Virus genome (UHGV): UHGV-0298370
Origin: a virus
Length of the DNA stretch: 19,287 bases
Strand: one strand, 5' to 3'
The notes beneath the pieces were generated by a model. That model was not told where the DNA came from. It was given only the letters and a program-made list of their open reading frames with translations, and searched no databases. Shown in pieces: positions 16,884 through 19,287 of this stretch. Both the position numbers and the translations under genes were made by a program. Within the stretch, counting starts at the first letter, position 1. Each line of letters opens with the position of its first letter.

Positions 16884-16985
16884 AGTCCCTCCATAAAGAC
16901 ATCTGGTACAACTCAATGCTGGGAATAGTGCACATTTCAATGAGATAAATCCACTAATAATCTAGGATTTATGAGTTAGCGCGCG

Positions 16986-17004
16986 CTCGTATCCCCGCCA
17001 CGCC
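16986..17004 (-). other. putative cos site (cohesive-end sequence) of the P2-like phage
   Basis: Minus-strand sequence GGCGTGGCGGGGATACGAG followed by CGCGCGC resembles the P2/186 cohesive-end sequence as I recall it (P2: GGCGAGGCGGGGAAAGCAC TGCGCGC); orientation is correct, with the 5' end pointing toward Q. Depends on my recollection of the P2 cos. Confidence 0.45.
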
Positions 17005-17053
17005 TGCCCGCTTTGTGTAGTGGTTTTCATGCAGGTGCCTGATCCACGCAAAA

Positions 17054-17073
17054 GCCCGCCAGTTCTGGCGGGC
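17054..17073 (-). terminator. probable rho-independent terminator downstream of the DUF2971-like gene
   Basis: GCCCGCCAG-TT-CTGGCGGGC hairpin; on the minus strand it is followed by TTTTGCG; lies ~70 bp past the stop of the minus-strand gene 17140-18258. Confidence 0.5.
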
Positions 17074-17139
17074 CTTAGCAAAAACGATCCTCAAACGGTC
17101 ATGCAAATTCAGGCAGCATAGGCATGCACTGTTGTTAGG

Positions 17140-18258
17140 TTAGTTCGTAATGCCAATTTCCTTCAAAACTTTAGCCATTTCCGTCTGACTTAACTTGTTC
17201 CTGAACAAAGGGAAATTTTTCATTTTTTCCGCTCGTTGCCCTTTTGAAATAGTAATCTTTCCTGATGCTGATAACTCAGAGTCAAAAAAATAACATATTG
17301 TTGAATTTGAATTCTCCATATTTGACTTGATACAATTCCATATGCTTTCTTTTTTCATTTCACACATTCTAGGACCAAAAATGATCCCTTTAACAACATT
17401 AGCATCATGATGAAAAATATGTCCAATATTTCGATTTACGCGTCTTTGAACATGCCGCTCACTCCCTATTCCTGCATTTGCCTCTGGAATAAACATTCGA
17501 TATTCAGCTTCATATCTCCAAAATCTATTTTTAGTTAAAAATAACTCTGCAACATTTGCGCTTGGGTCTAGAAGTGAAACCTCTTTAGCCTGATTACTAT
17601 ATTTTATTTGCTTAACTGGAAAATTAAATTTATCTGATGAAAATAAATTTTCTCTTAGCTTCATTCCAGGATGTGGCACGCCATTAATATTAAAATCCTG
17701 CGTTTCATAAATCACAACACAACCACTAAAGCCTGCAGCATAATGCGCCCACATCATACGATCTAACGCATTAGCTGAAAATGACACACTGAATACTGCA
17801 GGAACTATTTTCCTATACAACCTTTCTTTGATACTGTTCTCGCAAAGTGAGACCAAAAATTGGCGTGGTTCAGGAATATTCCCATAAATAGCGGAATTAA
17901 TCACATTGATAGGTAGTAAACCATCATTTATGATCTTACGTATCTCATCAACGTGTGAGTCAAACAGGCTATCTAATGACTCAATGCTACTTTTTATTTT
18001 TTTTCCTCTAAAAATACGATTCAATCCCTTATGTATCTTCAAATTACTCAAATCTAATATGTGACTCAAATTTTCATAGGATTTATCGCAAGGAGAACGC
18101 AATAAAATATCCCATAATTTCAATTTATTATCAAAACGATAATCTATATTGAGATCATTAGGATCATTCAATTGCGCAGGAGCGGAAAAATATAATTCAT
18201 TATAACGAATAGCTTTCTCGAAGAAGAAGTCCGGACGGTAATACTTGAAAAGATACAT
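17140..18258 (-). CDS. DUF2971-like protein (candidate defence-associated protein of unknown mechanism)
   Basis: 372 aa, AT-rich; N-terminus MYLFKYYRPDFFFEKAIRYNELYFSAPAQLNDPND matches the hallmark DUF2971 N-terminal pattern (KY..........LYFS.P..xNDPxD); ATG start; terminator-like hairpin downstream. Confidence 0.7.
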   Translation of the reverse strand: MYLFKYYRPDFFFEKAIRYNELYFSAPAQLNDPNDLNIDYRFDNKLKLWDILLRSPCDKSYENLSHILDLSNLKIHKGLNRIFRGKKIKSSIESLDSLFDSHVDEIRKIINDGLLPINVINSAIYGNIPEPRQFLVSLCENSIKERLYRKIVPAVFSVSFSANALDRMMWAHYAAGFSGCVVIYETQDFNINGVPHPGMKLRENLFSSDKFNFPVKQIKYSNQAKEVSLLDPSANVAELFLTKNRFWRYEAEYRMFIPEANAGIGSERHVQRRVNRNIGHIFHHDANVVKGIIFGPRMCEMKKESIWNCIKSNMENSNSTICYFFDSELSASGKITISKGQRAEKMKNFPLFRNKLSQTEMAKVLKEIGITN

Positions 18259-18712
18259 GACATTACCTATAACATTGCAATATTAACAACCGTATGAAAA
18301 CGGTTTGATTGTATTGATAATATCCTATTCTGCATATACCACAGTGTAAAGATTAATTTTAAATACCATATCCAACAGTAAATCATGTATCGACCGCCAG
18401 ATAAGAAGCTTTTGAAAAACTTGGACAATAATTAATCAAAAGGTAAGAGATACTCTTCAAATACATGACGTTGGCTTCCTCTTTCGTGATAACTATCAAG
18501 ACCAAGTCCATTAGATAATGGACATCAAATATTCCAAGTCAATCCAAGAACAATCATCATAAGCTCTTCCCATCCTGTATCCTCTATCTCACTCTTTTGG
18601 ACATTGAAAGAAGCCCCTCTGACCGGGAATGATTGTTTCCAGCGTTTGACCACGATATACAATATGATATTTGATGTCTTTTGATCAGATGGCTAACGCC
18701 TCGCACAGCTCG

Positions 18713-18852
18713 TTGTTCAACCTTGCTGACGCCAGAAGCAAGTTCAGACGCCAGCAACGTTTCTTAATGCAGCCAGCTGTCGTCTTCCCACACCTTCTGC
18801 ATAATTTTCATCACTTGTTTTCTTTCTTCGTCCAGTTGCAGTCCGGTCAGTT
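18713..18852. repeat. direct repeat copy A (140 bp, truncated 3' gene fragment)
   Basis: 140 bp with 2 mismatches to 19148-19287; contains a minus-strand frame ending ...LTGLQLDEERKQVMKIMQKVWEDDSWLH-stop (stop 18765-18767) that is closed by a stop ~38 codons upstream, so this copy is a fragment. Confidence 0.7.
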
Positions 18853-19147
18853 CAACACCATTAGAGCTACCTTTACGGGCTGCAAATTACCTTTTGGGAT
18901 TTGTGATAGATACGAAAATCCTATTAGATGCTTGTTAGACCGGAAGCGCCACTTCGAACGAAAAGTAATGGCCACTTATGCCGGTTTAAAAGCCTTAACC
19001 TTGTATAGTTATTTGAATATTTTCTTCATTAACACCAAAGTATAGGGCTAGCCCTGCTTTTGCCTCCTGAAGTGTTAACGGCTTAACTACATTTTCTTCT
19101 TCTTCTTCGTACTCATCACCCCCCATGACTAATGCCCCACTAAACTA

Positions 19148-19287
19148 GTTGTTCAACGTTGCTGACGTCAGAAGCAAGTTCAGACGCCAGCAACGTTTCT
19201 TAATGCAGCCAGCTGTCGTCTTCCCACACCTTCTGCATAATTTTCATCACTTGTTTTCTTTCTTCGTCCAGTTGCAGTCCGGTCAGT
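19148..19287. repeat. direct repeat copy B (140 bp, continues beyond window end)
   Basis: Matches 18713-18852; truncated by the window edge. Confidence 0.7.
19200..19287 (-). CDS. 3' end of a gene entering from beyond the window (C-terminus ...LTGLQLDEERKQVMKIMQKVWEDDSWLH)
   Basis: Open minus-strand frame running off the window edge, stop codon TAA at 19200-19202; identity unknown. Confidence 0.4.
   Translation of the reverse strand, partial: LTGLQLDEERKQVMKIMQKVWEDDSWLH

Larger units (their letters stand above)
1..19287. mobile_element. P2-like prophage segment: tail fibre/baseplate, lysis, head and packaging modules plus cos-proximal cargo
   Basis: Gene order G-H-I-J-W-V-S-R-lysC/B/A-K-Y-X-L-M-N-O on minus strand and P-Q on plus strand matches phage P2 synteny; individual proteins recognisably similar to P2 homologues by eye. 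Start/stop overlaps (ATGA) typical of phage late operons. Confidence 0.9.

Noticed and set aside
18671-19045. 124-aa plus-strand ORF spanning repeat copy A
   Set aside because: It runs antisense to the duplicated gene fragment and across the repeat junction; the product has no recognisable features. Likely spurious.
1-19287. tRNA, rRNA, CRISPR arrays, IS elements
   Set aside because: No cloverleaf-compatible conserved tRNA motifs, no regularly spaced short repeats with unique spacers, and no transposase-like ORFs or terminal inverted repeats were seen.

Overview
The window is a segment of a P2-like (Peduovirus-type) prophage from an enterobacterial host. From 1.3 to 11.4 kb the minus strand carries the P2 late genes in canonical order: tail fibre (G, H), baseplate (I, J, W, V), tail completion (S, R), lysis cassette (lysC/lysB/lysA, endolysin K, holin Y), X, head completion L, terminase M, capsid N, scaffold O. 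From 11.6 to 15.1 kb the plus strand carries the divergent packaging operon P then Q. All calls rest on my reading of the translated ORFs against remembered P2 protein sequences; no database search was run. Three things depart from the P2 backbone. (1) An extra 235-codon gene is wedged between terminase P and portal Q and encodes a diverged, truncated copy of the terminase ATPase region. (2) Beyond Q lies an AT-rich cargo island with two large genes on either side of a cos-like site: a 588-607 aa protein with an Mrr-type nuclease motif and AIPR-like architecture, and a 372 aa DUF2971-like protein. Both are candidate anti-phage defence or abortive-infection genes at the known P2 cargo hotspot. 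(3) At the G-distal end there is a second, convergent tail-fibre-assembly gene with an orphan tail-fibre C-terminal cassette, but no invertase or crossover site is visible. The endolysin is a P1 Lyz-type SAR endolysin paired with a short two-TMD holin. Two perfect TGT-N12-ACA Ogr-type late-promoter boxes are present. No tRNA, rRNA, CRISPR array or IS element was recognised.
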